DNA from: an uncultured archaeon
GTDB taxonomy: Archaea > Aenigmatarchaeota > Aenigmatarchaeia > Aenigmatarchaeales > SZUA-1535
Length of the DNA stretch: 33,025 bases
NCBI GenBank assembly: GCA_964594175.1
Contig: CAZQLM010000001.1
Span: 1-33,025, forward strand
Reading direction: 5' to 3'
In this document: piece by piece, positions 17,555-26,500 of the stretch
Numbering within the stretch: position 1 is the stretch's first letter
How the letters are laid out: each line of letters opens with the position of its first letter
Program-made: the position numbers and the translations under genes
The notes under the pieces: generated by a model
Seen by the model: only the letters and a program-made list of their open reading frames with translations
What the model was told of the DNA's origin: nothing
Database searches by the model: none

Positions 17555-19176
17555 AAGTGGATAAAAACTACTTGCTAAACCTTTGCAAAATTCCGGAAGA
17601 AGAGCTAAGGGAAGTTCTTACCATGATAAAGGCTCCGATAGACGAGGAAGAGGGAAATATTTGGAAGCTTGAGATAACTCCTGATCGCCCTGATTTGCTT
17701 TCGCCAGAAGGTGTGGCGAGAGCTGTAAAAGGTTTTCTCGGCATAGAAAGCGAGATTCCGCAGTATAGCGTGGTGGAAACTGGTATTAGCGTGGAAGTTG
17801 AAAATGTTGAAGCCCGTCCATACATAGCTTGCGCAGCAGTGCTTGATGTAAAGCTTAACGATTATTTAATAAAAAGCTTAATGCAGCTTCAGGAAAAAAT
17901 TCACGAAACTTTAGGAAGAAGGAGAAAAAAGGTTGCTATAGGTTTACACGATTTGGACAAGGTTGCTCAGCCTTTCCGCTACACGCAGGCAGAAGGAAAA
18001 GAAATAGTTTTTGCTCCTTTGGGAGAACTTAAACCCATGAGCCTGGAGGAAATTTTGAAATATCACGAAAAAGGCAAAGAATACGCTTTCTGCTTGGAAG
18101 GTTATGAGAAATATCCAGTAATTCTTGACAAATACGGCGAGGTTTTAAGCTTTCCTCCCATTATTAATGGAGAGCTTACAAGAGTTACAGAAAATACAAA
18201 GAATCTTTTCATCGATGTCACAGGCACTGATAAGCAAGCGGTGGAAAAAGCCTTGAATATTTTGGTTTGTTCAATAGCAGAAGCTTGCGGAAAGATAGGA
18301 AAGGTAAAAGTAGGAAATGAAATCTATCCAAAACTTCTTCCAGAAAGCTTTGAGCTAAGAGTAGAAAGTGTTGATCACCTGCTCGGGCTCGGGTTAAAGG
18401 AGCATGAAATAGCAGAAATTTTGAAAAGAATGCGCTATTCTGTGCTCGAGCTAAAAGGAGGTGTGCTAAAGGTTTTAGTACCTCCTTATCGTGTAGACAT
18501 TCTTCACGAAGTTGATTTAATAGAAGATATCGCTATAGGATACGGAATAAACAACATGCGACCAGTTTTGCCAAAACTTCCTACTATGGGCAAAAAACAC
18601 GAAAAAGAAAAAATCTCTGAAAAGGTAAGGGAAATAATGATTGGTTTTGGAATGCAAGAAGTTTTAAGTTTTATTCTGACAAACAAAGAAAAGCAATTTA
18701 AAAGAATGCTCATTCCTGAGCAGGCATGCGTTGAGATAGCAAACCCTGTTAGCGCAGAATACACCATTTGCAGAACATGGCTTTTGCCTTGCTTGCTTGA
18801 ATTTCTTTCAGAGAATACGCACAATAAATACCCGCAAAAAATTTTCGAAATAGGTGATTGTGTTTTGCTTCATGAACAAGCAGAAACAGGAGCAAGAGAG
18901 GTAAGAAAACTAGCATGCGCTATTGCTCATGACAAAGCTAATTTAACCGAAATAAAAGCGATATTGCAAGCTCTTGCAAAAGAGCTGAACACGAGCTTGG
19001 TTATAAAGCCTTGGGAGCATGCAAGCTTCATACCTTCTCGCTGCGGAGAAATTTATCTCAACGGCAAAAGCTCTGGATTTTTTGGCGAACTTCACCCTGC
19101 TGTTCTAGAAAACTGGAAAATAGAAAAGCCTGTAGTTGCTTTTGAAATTGAATTTAGAGGTAAAAATGAAGATTAA
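17542..19176 (+). CDS. pheT: Phenylalanyl-tRNA synthetase beta subunit
   Basis: The N-terminus MPVIEVDKNYLLNL.. is typical of archaeal PheT, and B3/4 and B5-like regions are present. It overlaps the pheS stop by 13 nt. The longer track ORF start at 17515 lies inside pheS. Confidence 0.92.
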   Translation: MPVIEVDKNYLLNLCKIPEEELREVLTMIKAPIDEEEGNIWKLEITPDRPDLLSPEGVARAVKGFLGIESEIPQYSVVETGISVEVENVEARPYIACAAVLDVKLNDYLIKSLMQLQEKIHETLGRRRKKVAIGLHDLDKVAQPFRYTQAEGKEIVFAPLGELKPMSLEEILKYHEKGKEYAFCLEGYEKYPVILDKYGEVLSFPPIINGELTRVTENTKNLFIDVTGTDKQAVEKALNILVCSIAEACGKIGKVKVGNEIYPKLLPESFELRVESVDHLLGLGLKEHEIAEILKRMRYSVLELKGGVLKVLVPPYRVDILHEVDLIEDIAIGYGINNMRPVLPKLPTMGKKHEKEKISEKVREIMIGFGMQEVLSFILTNKEKQFKRMLIPEQACVEIANPVSAEYTICRTWLLPCLLEFLSENTHNKYPQKIFEIGDCVLLHEQAETGAREVRKLACAIAHDKANLTEIKAILQALAKELNTSLVIKPWEHASFIPSRCGEIYLNGKSSGFFGELHPAVLENWKIEKPVVAFEIEFRGKNED

Positions 19177-19177
19177 A

Positions 19178-20509
19178 TTACGGAGGGCAGCACCATATCG
19201 GCCGTGAGGAATCACATGGTTCTGAACTACATAAACAACAAGAAGATGCTACACAATCCCACCTCCGTATCGCAACGTAGGTAGATCCCCTATAATAGCT
19301 ACTCGATCCACCGAAAGTCCATCTCTTACAAGTCCAATCATAAACACCACAATCCACCCATCCTAAATGATCTATTACTATAGTATTTCCAAAACCCCCT
19401 TCGAAACCTAAGGATGAGGGGATTGCCATCCTACAGGCAGGATCTCTCAAACACTGAGCCATTTCTGAAACGCTACAAAAATGCCAGCCTGATCCAAATT
19501 CTTGTTCACATTTGTCATTGGCTCCGCTAACTCCACCTAAGTTCCCGGTATAACTTGTGGAAGTTAAACGGGGTGGTGGAGTGCATGGGGAAGAGCCCCA
19601 ATCCCCACAATCATGAATTCCAGTATCAAACAAGTGTACTTCATCATCAGAGTCGTTCAGATCTCTAAACGGAAAAAATACACCTGAGGATATAAAAGCT
19701 GTACAATCTATTAATCCATCGTTATCTCCATCACAAGTCCCGTCTAAAGCTGAGTTTGCTGCAATTTTGTTACCTGTTATTAGTTCTGAAGTATCATCCG
19801 GATCCAAATATTTGCAGCTCGCTTGTAAGGCACCTGCAGATATATCAATATATCCGTCACCGTCCTCATCACATGTATTATCACTAGGCCTGCCTATAAC
19901 ATCATTATTTTGAATAGCACCTATTGTTGTCAAATTATCATTTGCATCTATATTTCCTAAGCTACCTCTTTCTTGACAGTTTAAACTTAGGGCTGCTGAT
20001 TCATCTATATAGCCGTCTCCATCACCATCACAGGTATTGTCAGATGCATTGATAATCTTGGGATCATTGTCATCACAATCATATCTCAAAGTTCCAGTTG
20101 GAAGATCTATAAAACCTGCGTAACCATCACCATCCAAATCCCCATAATAGACCCCACCACCAGAAGGCCACTCTTTCTTACACTCTCCACCTATGCAGAT
20201 TTCGTTTGCATTTACTTTTTCTGTTTCGATTTTTCTTGTATTGGTTATGTTATACCCGTTCATATCAATGTTTCCTGTGATTTCCATCAGGGAAGAATTT
20301 ATTTTTCCTGAAGAAGTGTTCAACTGCACATATTCTCCGTTTATTACTGTGTAAATATCTTTAAGTAAATGATAGGCAGGGCTTTGTTTTAAAACTTCTG
20401 TTTGGGTTAGAGCAGAAACAGAAAAGGAAATTACAGAAATTATTAGAACAGATAAAATTCCTGCCAAAACAAAAAAATGTTTTCTTTCAATTTTTATGGT
20501 TATTTCCAT
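19178..20509 (-). CDS. Secreted or membrane-anchored Asp-rich, Cys-rich repeat protein (443 aa)
   Basis: It has an N-terminal signal/anchor (FFVLAGILSVLIISVISFSVSA). Three DxxCDGDxDGxID repeats are present (DNTCDGDGDGYIDESA, DNTCDEDGDGYIDISA, DGTCDGDNDGLIDCTA), plus GDLDGDGYAGFID. The C-terminal ~150 aa contain many Cys and the sequence YTGNLGGVSGANDKCEQEF. Confidence 0.8.
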   Translation of the reverse strand: MEITIKIERKHFFVLAGILSVLIISVISFSVSALTQTEVLKQSPAYHLLKDIYTVINGEYVQLNTSSGKINSSLMEITGNIDMNGYNITNTRKIETEKVNANEICIGGECKKEWPSGGGVYYGDLDGDGYAGFIDLPTGTLRYDCDDNDPKIINASDNTCDGDGDGYIDESAALSLNCQERGSLGNIDANDNLTTIGAIQNNDVIGRPSDNTCDEDGDGYIDISAGALQASCKYLDPDDTSELITGNKIAANSALDGTCDGDNDGLIDCTAFISSGVFFPFRDLNDSDDEVHLFDTGIHDCGDWGSSPCTPPPRLTSTSYTGNLGGVSGANDKCEQEFGSGWHFCSVSEMAQCLRDPACRMAIPSSLGFEGGFGNTIVIDHLGWVDCGVYDWTCKRWTFGGSSSYYRGSTYVAIRRWDCVASSCCLCSSEPCDSSRPIWCCPP

Positions 20510-20541
20510 AACAATAATTTAAATCTTTAAAATATAAAAAA

Positions 20542-21306
20542 CTATCTTCCAAACAACTCAAGCAAAACATCCAGCAAACTTTTCCTTTCTTTTAATTTTT
20601 CTCCGGTAATAGTGCTTGCTATTTCCTTGAATTTTCTCGCAGCCTTTGAGCGCGGATGGGAAAAGACTATAGGAGTTTTTTTCAGGATTGAGATATGCAC
20701 GTTTTTATCTTCCGGTACAACTCCTATGACAGGATAATCAAGAATCTCTTCTATCTCCTCTGTTTTCAGTTCATGAGGATCGTTTCTCACTTTATTTACT
20801 ACAACTCCTGTTATTTCTGTTCCCAAGCTTTCAGCAAGTTTAACAACCTTTAAAGCATCTGTAATTGCTGGAAGTTCAGGATTCAACACTACTAAAACTT
20901 CATCACTGTGCTCTATAACACTTTGTGTTTCTTTACCAAGTCCAGGTGAGCTGTCTACAAGCACATATTCTGTTCTTCCCTTGAGCATGCGAAAAATTTC
21001 TTCAAATCTTCTTAGGTTAATATCTTTCAATGCGCTTAGCGAAATAGAAGCTGGTAAAATTTTTAACCCAGAGCGATGATAGAATATGGCATCTTCTATT
21101 TCTGCTCTTCCTTGAATTACTTCATGAATTGTATAAGGATAGAAGGGTATTCCCAAATGGAGAGAAAGATTTGGTGTTGTTAAATTTCCGTCCACGAGAA
21201 TCGTGTTTTTTCTCAGTAAACTCATCGCTGCTCCGAGATTTGAAACTGTAGTTGTCTTTCCTACACCACCTTTTCCAGAAACGACGCCTATAATTCTGGT
21301 TTTCAT
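20542..21306 (-). CDS. minD: MinD/ParA-family P-loop ATPase
   Basis: 254 aa. It has the deviant Walker A SGKGGVGKTT and Walker B-like YVLVDSSPG, typical of archaeal MinD-like proteins. Confidence 0.9.
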   Translation of the reverse strand: MKTRIIGVVSGKGGVGKTTTVSNLGAAMSLLRKNTILVDGNLTTPNLSLHLGIPFYPYTIHEVIQGRAEIEDAIFYHRSGLKILPASISLSALKDINLRRFEEIFRMLKGRTEYVLVDSSPGLGKETQSVIEHSDEVLVVLNPELPAITDALKVVKLAESLGTEITGVVVNKVRNDPHELKTEEIEEILDYPVIGVVPEDKNVHISILKKTPIVFSHPRSKAARKFKEIASTITGEKLKERKSLLDVLLELFGR

Positions 21307-21412
21307 AAAAATATTTTTCTGAAGAAAACGTTATAAAGATTTTCTGAACAACTTTTTGCGATATCGAAATATGCTAACTGGTTTATAAAAGTTGTTGAAG
21401 AAATAATTAAGC

Positions 21413-21755
21413 ATGGAAAGACAAATTTTCAAAATACTCGAAAAAATCGCAAGAGATTTTGATTTGAAGCTTAACAAAAAAGATATCGAAGTTCTTGCAC
21501 TCCCTAAGAAAGAAGTGATTATTCTAAACTACATTTTTTCTCTTAAATGACAGAAAGAGAAGGATCCTTGAAAAGTATTTGCCACAGATAGCAAAAAAGT
21601 TTCCGAGGAAAAGGTTCATTGCCTATGGGATAAAAAGTAAAGAAGTGCTTTTACACGAGGCGATTCATGCGCTTCTCTTGGCCAACGGTATATTCTTCCG
21701 TAACTATAAAATTAACGAGCTCCTTGTTAATTGCATTATGCGAAAATATCTTTAG
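21413..21755 (+). pseudogene. Small HExxH (putative zinc-metallopeptidase-like) gene split by a +1 frameshift at a T6 run
   Basis: ATG 21413 opens a 45-codon ORF that ends at TGA 21548. From 21528 the +1 frame is open to TAG 21753 but has no start codon. It encodes ..RKRRILEKYLPQIAKKFPRKRFIAYGIKSKEVLLHEAIHALLLANG... The two frames overlap at tttttt 21534-21539. TTTATAAA lies 24 nt upstream of the ATG. Confidence 0.5.
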
Positions 21756-21790
21756 AAAAGGTTAAAAAACTCTAACAAATGGTTTATTTC

Positions 21791-22372
21791 TCATTGAGAT
21801 CTTTGAGAAATCTTATCGTTTTTCAAGCTTTCGAATAATGCTATAACAAAGTCTTCATCAAAGAAAATAGAATTTGGATCCGGAGATCTTTCGATTGCCT
21901 CAAAAAGGAAGTCATCTAGTGTATATTTTCTTCGATTGTATTCAACCATTATACATTTTCCAAGACTCTGTAACATCGAGAACAAATCTCTTTCTATTTC
22001 TTTCCATATTTTTGGGTGCTTCTTTAATACGTGTCTTACAGCCCTTTCCAACTTATAGGTTCTAAAACCATCAATAGAACAATAAAACGGCTCTCTGCAT
22101 CGTGAGTTTAACATTTTTTCAAAACCAAATAAAATTAATTCTCTATATTCCCTTTCACGTTTTCCATATTTCTCTTCTTCACGAATTTTTTTAATTTCCT
22201 TGTTAAAGTAGTTCCACATTTCTCTAAGTTGAATGTAATCAGGGTATCCAAAGGTTTTTGCATATTTTCTCACAGTAGCTCTATCAACTTTTGCAATTTC
22301 AGCAGCATCTTTATATGAAACTGTTCTTTCAAGAGCGTTTTTTATAATTTCTGAATACCCTTTTCCTTTCAT
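21791..22372 (-). CDS. Hypothetical protein with N-terminal helix-turn-helix and a C2H2-like Cys/His cluster
   Basis: 193 aa. ..VSYKDAAEIAKVDRATVRKYAKTFG.. is HTH-like. CREPFYCSIDGFRTYKLERAVRHVLKKH has C-x5-C-x15-H-x4-H spacing. Confidence 0.65.
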   Translation of the reverse strand: MKGKGYSEIIKNALERTVSYKDAAEIAKVDRATVRKYAKTFGYPDYIQLREMWNYFNKEIKKIREEEKYGKREREYRELILFGFEKMLNSRCREPFYCSIDGFRTYKLERAVRHVLKKHPKIWKEIERDLFSMLQSLGKCIMVEYNRRKYTLDDFLFEAIERSPDPNSIFFDEDFVIALFESLKNDKISQRSQ

Positions 22373-22438
22373 TTTATCACTCTCCTTCTGTAAAGTAGAT
22401 TATGATAAAAATTTAAATTTATACTTTTAACTAGTTTT

Positions 22439-23473
22439 ATGCCTCTTGCAGAAGCAAGCTCTCTAGGAAAGTGTATTCTTTTCGGAGAGCATGCGGTGGT
22501 TTACGGCGAACCTGGAATAGCTGCTCCTTTAAGTTCTTGTAAAACAAAATCAAAAACTTATCCCTACGAAAAAGGTTTTCTCAAACTTGAAACGGATTTA
22601 GGAAAAGAGGAAGGAGAAGTTGGTGAATACAAGGAATACGGTAAATGGCTTAGCGAAAAATGGAAGTATTGCTGTAAACAAGATGATTTTTCAGAACTTT
22701 TTGAAGAAGTTAAAAAAGTACCAGAGAAAACTTGGCTGAGCGTTTTAGCTTATTATTTTGATTTTCCTGAAAATTTTTCGGCTTATGTTAAAGTAAAATC
22801 TTCTATTCCAATTGGAGCTGGGTTGGGAAGCTCTGCTGCTGTTAGCTCAGCTCTTGCCAAATGTTTTGCAAAGCTACTTAAAACTAGCGAAAAGCATAAA
22901 ATTTACCAGGCTTCTTTGCTTTGCGAAAAAATGTTTCACGGCACACCCTCTGGAATAGATAGCGCTATCGCTTGCTATGAAAAAGCGCTTGTTTTCAGAA
23001 AAGGAAAAGGTTTTGAGTTTTTTGAAATGAAACCTTTAGAAATTTTCATGATTTACACGCACAAACCAGAAAAAAGCACTGGCGAACTTGTGCAAGCGGT
23101 GAAAAATCTTGAAGAAGAATACCGAAATCCTAGAATTGAGAAAATCGGAGAGCTTGTAATAAAAGCGGAAAAAGCTTTGGAAGACGGAAATCTACGAGAG
23201 CTTACTAATTATGTAAAAGAAAACCAGTACTTGCTTGCTGAGCTTGGAGTAAGCAGCAAGGAAATTGATGAACTTGCACATATCATTAACAGTAAAAAAG
23301 ACATGGCTGTAAAGCTTACAGGGGCTGGTAGCGGTGGTATGGTTATAGGTTTTTACCTTCCTGGAAAAAAGCAAGAATTTGAAAGCATACTTGCAGAGCT
23401 AGGCTATGAAAAAATTCCTTCACCACAACTATCTCTTGAAAACAAAGTTTATTGGGAAGAAAGGTTAAAATAG
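22439..23473 (+). CDS. mvk: Mevalonate kinase (GHMP kinase family)
   Basis: It has KCILFGEHAVVYG at the N-terminus, the GHMP motif PIGAGLGSSAA, and KLTGAGSGG near the C-terminus. TATA-like tttaaattta lies ~20 nt upstream. Confidence 0.88.
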   Translation: MPLAEASSLGKCILFGEHAVVYGEPGIAAPLSSCKTKSKTYPYEKGFLKLETDLGKEEGEVGEYKEYGKWLSEKWKYCCKQDDFSELFEEVKKVPEKTWLSVLAYYFDFPENFSAYVKVKSSIPIGAGLGSSAAVSSALAKCFAKLLKTSEKHKIYQASLLCEKMFHGTPSGIDSAIACYEKALVFRKGKGFEFFEMKPLEIFMIYTHKPEKSTGELVQAVKNLEEEYRNPRIEKIGELVIKAEKALEDGNLRELTNYVKENQYLLAELGVSSKEIDELAHIINSKKDMAVKLTGAGSGGMVIGFYLPGKKQEFESILAELGYEKIPSPQLSLENKVYWEERLK

Positions 23474-23523
23474 CAGCTAAAAATTTTTATATTGAAATAA
23501 AATCTAAACTTTATTTGATTAGT

Positions 23524-26500
23524 ATGAGAAAAAAAGAGATTTTGCTTACATTGGGCATTTTTGCAATGCTTTTGCAAGCAGCTTTCTCAAGCTGGGTTTC
23601 ATCAACAACGGGCGAGTTCAAAGTTTCACCTTCTGTAGTTTACATAAACTGGACAGATACAAGCGGTTTAGGAGCTTATACTGCGAATATTTCGGTGAAC
23701 AACACGAAAGATTACAATATAACCATAGAAATATTGAATTATTCGGCTAATGCTGTTTTAGCTCCTGTATTTGATTTGGACGTGGAAAACATAAGCTACT
23801 GTTATTTCATTGGAGAAAGAAACGATACAAAAAACAAATATACATGTATTAACTTCTCTGTAATTCCAAGTAATGAAGTACTAGTAGAGAACAATAGTGT
23901 AAAAAATTTCACATTAAAACTGGAATACTTACCTACAGAATATCCTGGAAGGTATAGAAACTTTGTAAATTTACCCATAATAAATAAAACGAACTCTACA
24001 GAAAATGTGAGCATTATAGTATATGTTGATATCCCTGTAAACTTTACTCAAGAAAGGCATGTCAAAATAGGGAAATATTCTACTGCAGGGAATTATATGA
24101 CATACGAAATTCCAGCAAATAACGCAGGCAAGCAAGATGCTCATTTCTATTATTTCAATGCAAGCGAAATAGCTAATGCTTCTGCTATATTTGTTAACAT
24201 AAGTTCCTCTAAGCTTGCGATGTTTCTTTTCGACGAATACGAAAATTTTTTGGAAAATTCTGCTAATACAAGTACGGGAAAGCATGAACTTTTATATTCA
24301 CCAGAGGAGCTTCCGAAGGATAGATATCTCAAGCTTTACATTTATGGAAATGATACACAACCGATTTCTTATGAAGCTTTTATCTCGATTTTCGCAATAC
24401 AAGCTTTAAACGCGAGCGATTTATCGCAAAGTTTTGGCTATAATAAACAAATGCCCTTTGTAATAAATTTTTCGGCTGGTGAGAATAATTTTACTTCCGT
24501 ATTTGTTTTGAAGAATAAGGGAAATTATAATTATAGCAATGTTGCAGAGTCAAAAAGAGTTGAGCTAATTTACGAATTCACCTCTCAAACAGGAAATAAC
24601 ACTCATTACTTCATAGTTCCAAGTTCTACGCAAGATATTCATGCTGAGCTTATCTTCAACGACACAAATGCAAACTATTCTCTCTTTCTGAAAGATTATA
24701 ACGGAAATGTACTAAGAAGCGCTTATTATACAAAAGGCTATTATGAAGAAATTGTAAATAAAAGCAGAGTTGAATTAAGCTATCAAGCTTCCCTTTCACC
24801 AGGAAAATATAGTATAGAAGTGGTTAACATTTCTGGGAATGCTGAATATAATTTAACGATTTATCTTAATCTTTCTTCAAGCGATTTTGTTAGTACAAAT
24901 TATTCTTCTTATTCCTCAAAAGATTTCAGAGAATTTGGAATCGAGAACGATTCAAAAATAGTTAGCTTTAATTTCACCTTACCTTCTACTTCAATTCCAG
25001 GAATTTATAAAGTAACGCTAACCTACAGAGAAAACAATGGAAAAGGAGCAGGAATAAAAATTCCGATTTTCGTAAAAGCAGTTGGAACAAACTTTCTTGT
25101 AGATAAAAAATTACAAAATCAAATAACACTTACCGCTACACAAAACTTGGAAAGAAATGTTAAATTTAATTTAAGTTTTATCATCGAAAACTTTGGCAAT
25201 TATAATATAACTGATGTTTTTATAAACTTTACTAACTTAACTCTTTCTACCTCAAGCGGAGTATATTATGCAAATATAACAGCAATTTATATTAATGATA
25301 CAAAATATTCTCAAGCATTTACTATTCAAAATGATTCACAAATAAATGTAACGATAGAAATTCTTGTGAATAAAACAAAAGCTTCTCAAGAAGGAATTTA
25401 TCAAGGTTATGTTTTGCTCAATATGAGCAATTCTAAGTTCAAGGTTAAACCTTACGATTACCTTAACGTTACTATAAAGCTTAACATGACAAAATGGCTT
25501 ATAGTCAAATCCGCGAGCTTATCTCCCAGTAGTGTAAATGTTTCAGTCTCTGCAAAAAATGTTACTTTAACATTCAAAGTTTACTATGCAAATAACTCAG
25601 CCATAGTAGCAGGAGAAATAGGACTTAACAATATACTCAGCATAATATTAGTGCATAAGAATTTAACGACTAGAGTGAAGAATGTTACTTCCACAAAGAG
25701 TTTTGCAGAAGGAACTACTATTTGGTCTTCACCTGTCTACAAGCTAAATATCTCTATTCCAAGAAAAATGTGGGGCGGTTACTATGATGTCATATTCAAT
25801 TTTACAACAAAGGATACTAATAGATTAGTAGGAAAAGGAAAAACATTACTTGCTGTTCAGGATGAAGCGCTTGCAGTTGATGTGCTTTATCCATCTCAAA
25901 GTCTTTCTATGCAAAACGGGACTGAAAAATGGTTGAATATAAGCATAACAAATTACGGATTAGATAATATCGCCAATGCTCAGCTCAAAATTGAAAGCAA
26001 TTTAATACAAGAAGTAACATTCAGCTCAAAAACAGGCGATTGCAACGTTGATTCAGTTTCAAACAAAGTTATAACATTCGATATAAACGCACAAAAGAGT
26101 TGTAACATTTCAATGAAAATAAAAGCTTCCGGTTCTTCAGGATCTGGAACAGTTTATCTCAAAGGCGCTAGTGGTTTATGGATAAAAAATGATTCGTTTC
26201 AATTAACAGTTACAGCTCCTAGTTCAAGCTCTTCACAAGAAGAGGAAACAACACAAGAAACACAACAAACTACACAGCAACAGGAAGAAGAGGAAGAGGA
26301 AGAAGTATGGATAAGCGATTTCAAGTTTATTTCGTATCCTTCTCTGATTTCCATAGAACAAGGAAAAAGCAAAATCGTGAGCGTATCTGTCAAAAACACT
26401 GGTAATCTTACTCTGGTTAATCTAAGTTTAGTTGTGGAAAATATTGAAAGTTCCTGGGTTAAGATTTCTAATCCCGTATCTCTTTCAGCAGAAGAAACGC

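Noticed and set aside
19700-20110. Repeated DNA segments within the minus-strand gene, considered as a possible mobile-element repeat.
   Set aside because: The repeats correspond to the in-frame DxxCDGDxDGxID protein motifs. No terminal inverted repeats or transposase are present.
23452-23523. The upstream extension of the surface protein ORF (MGRKVKIAAKNFYIEIKSKLYLIS).
   Set aside because: It overlaps the end of mvk and contains the TATA-like tttttatatt. The signal peptide begins at the internal ATG 23524.
26221-26310. A purine-rich, near-repetitive DNA stretch (gaa/caa repeats), considered as a tandem repeat or CRISPR-like element.
   Set aside because: It is in frame within the surface protein gene and encodes a Ser/Thr/Gln/Glu linker. 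It has no spacer-repeat periodicity.
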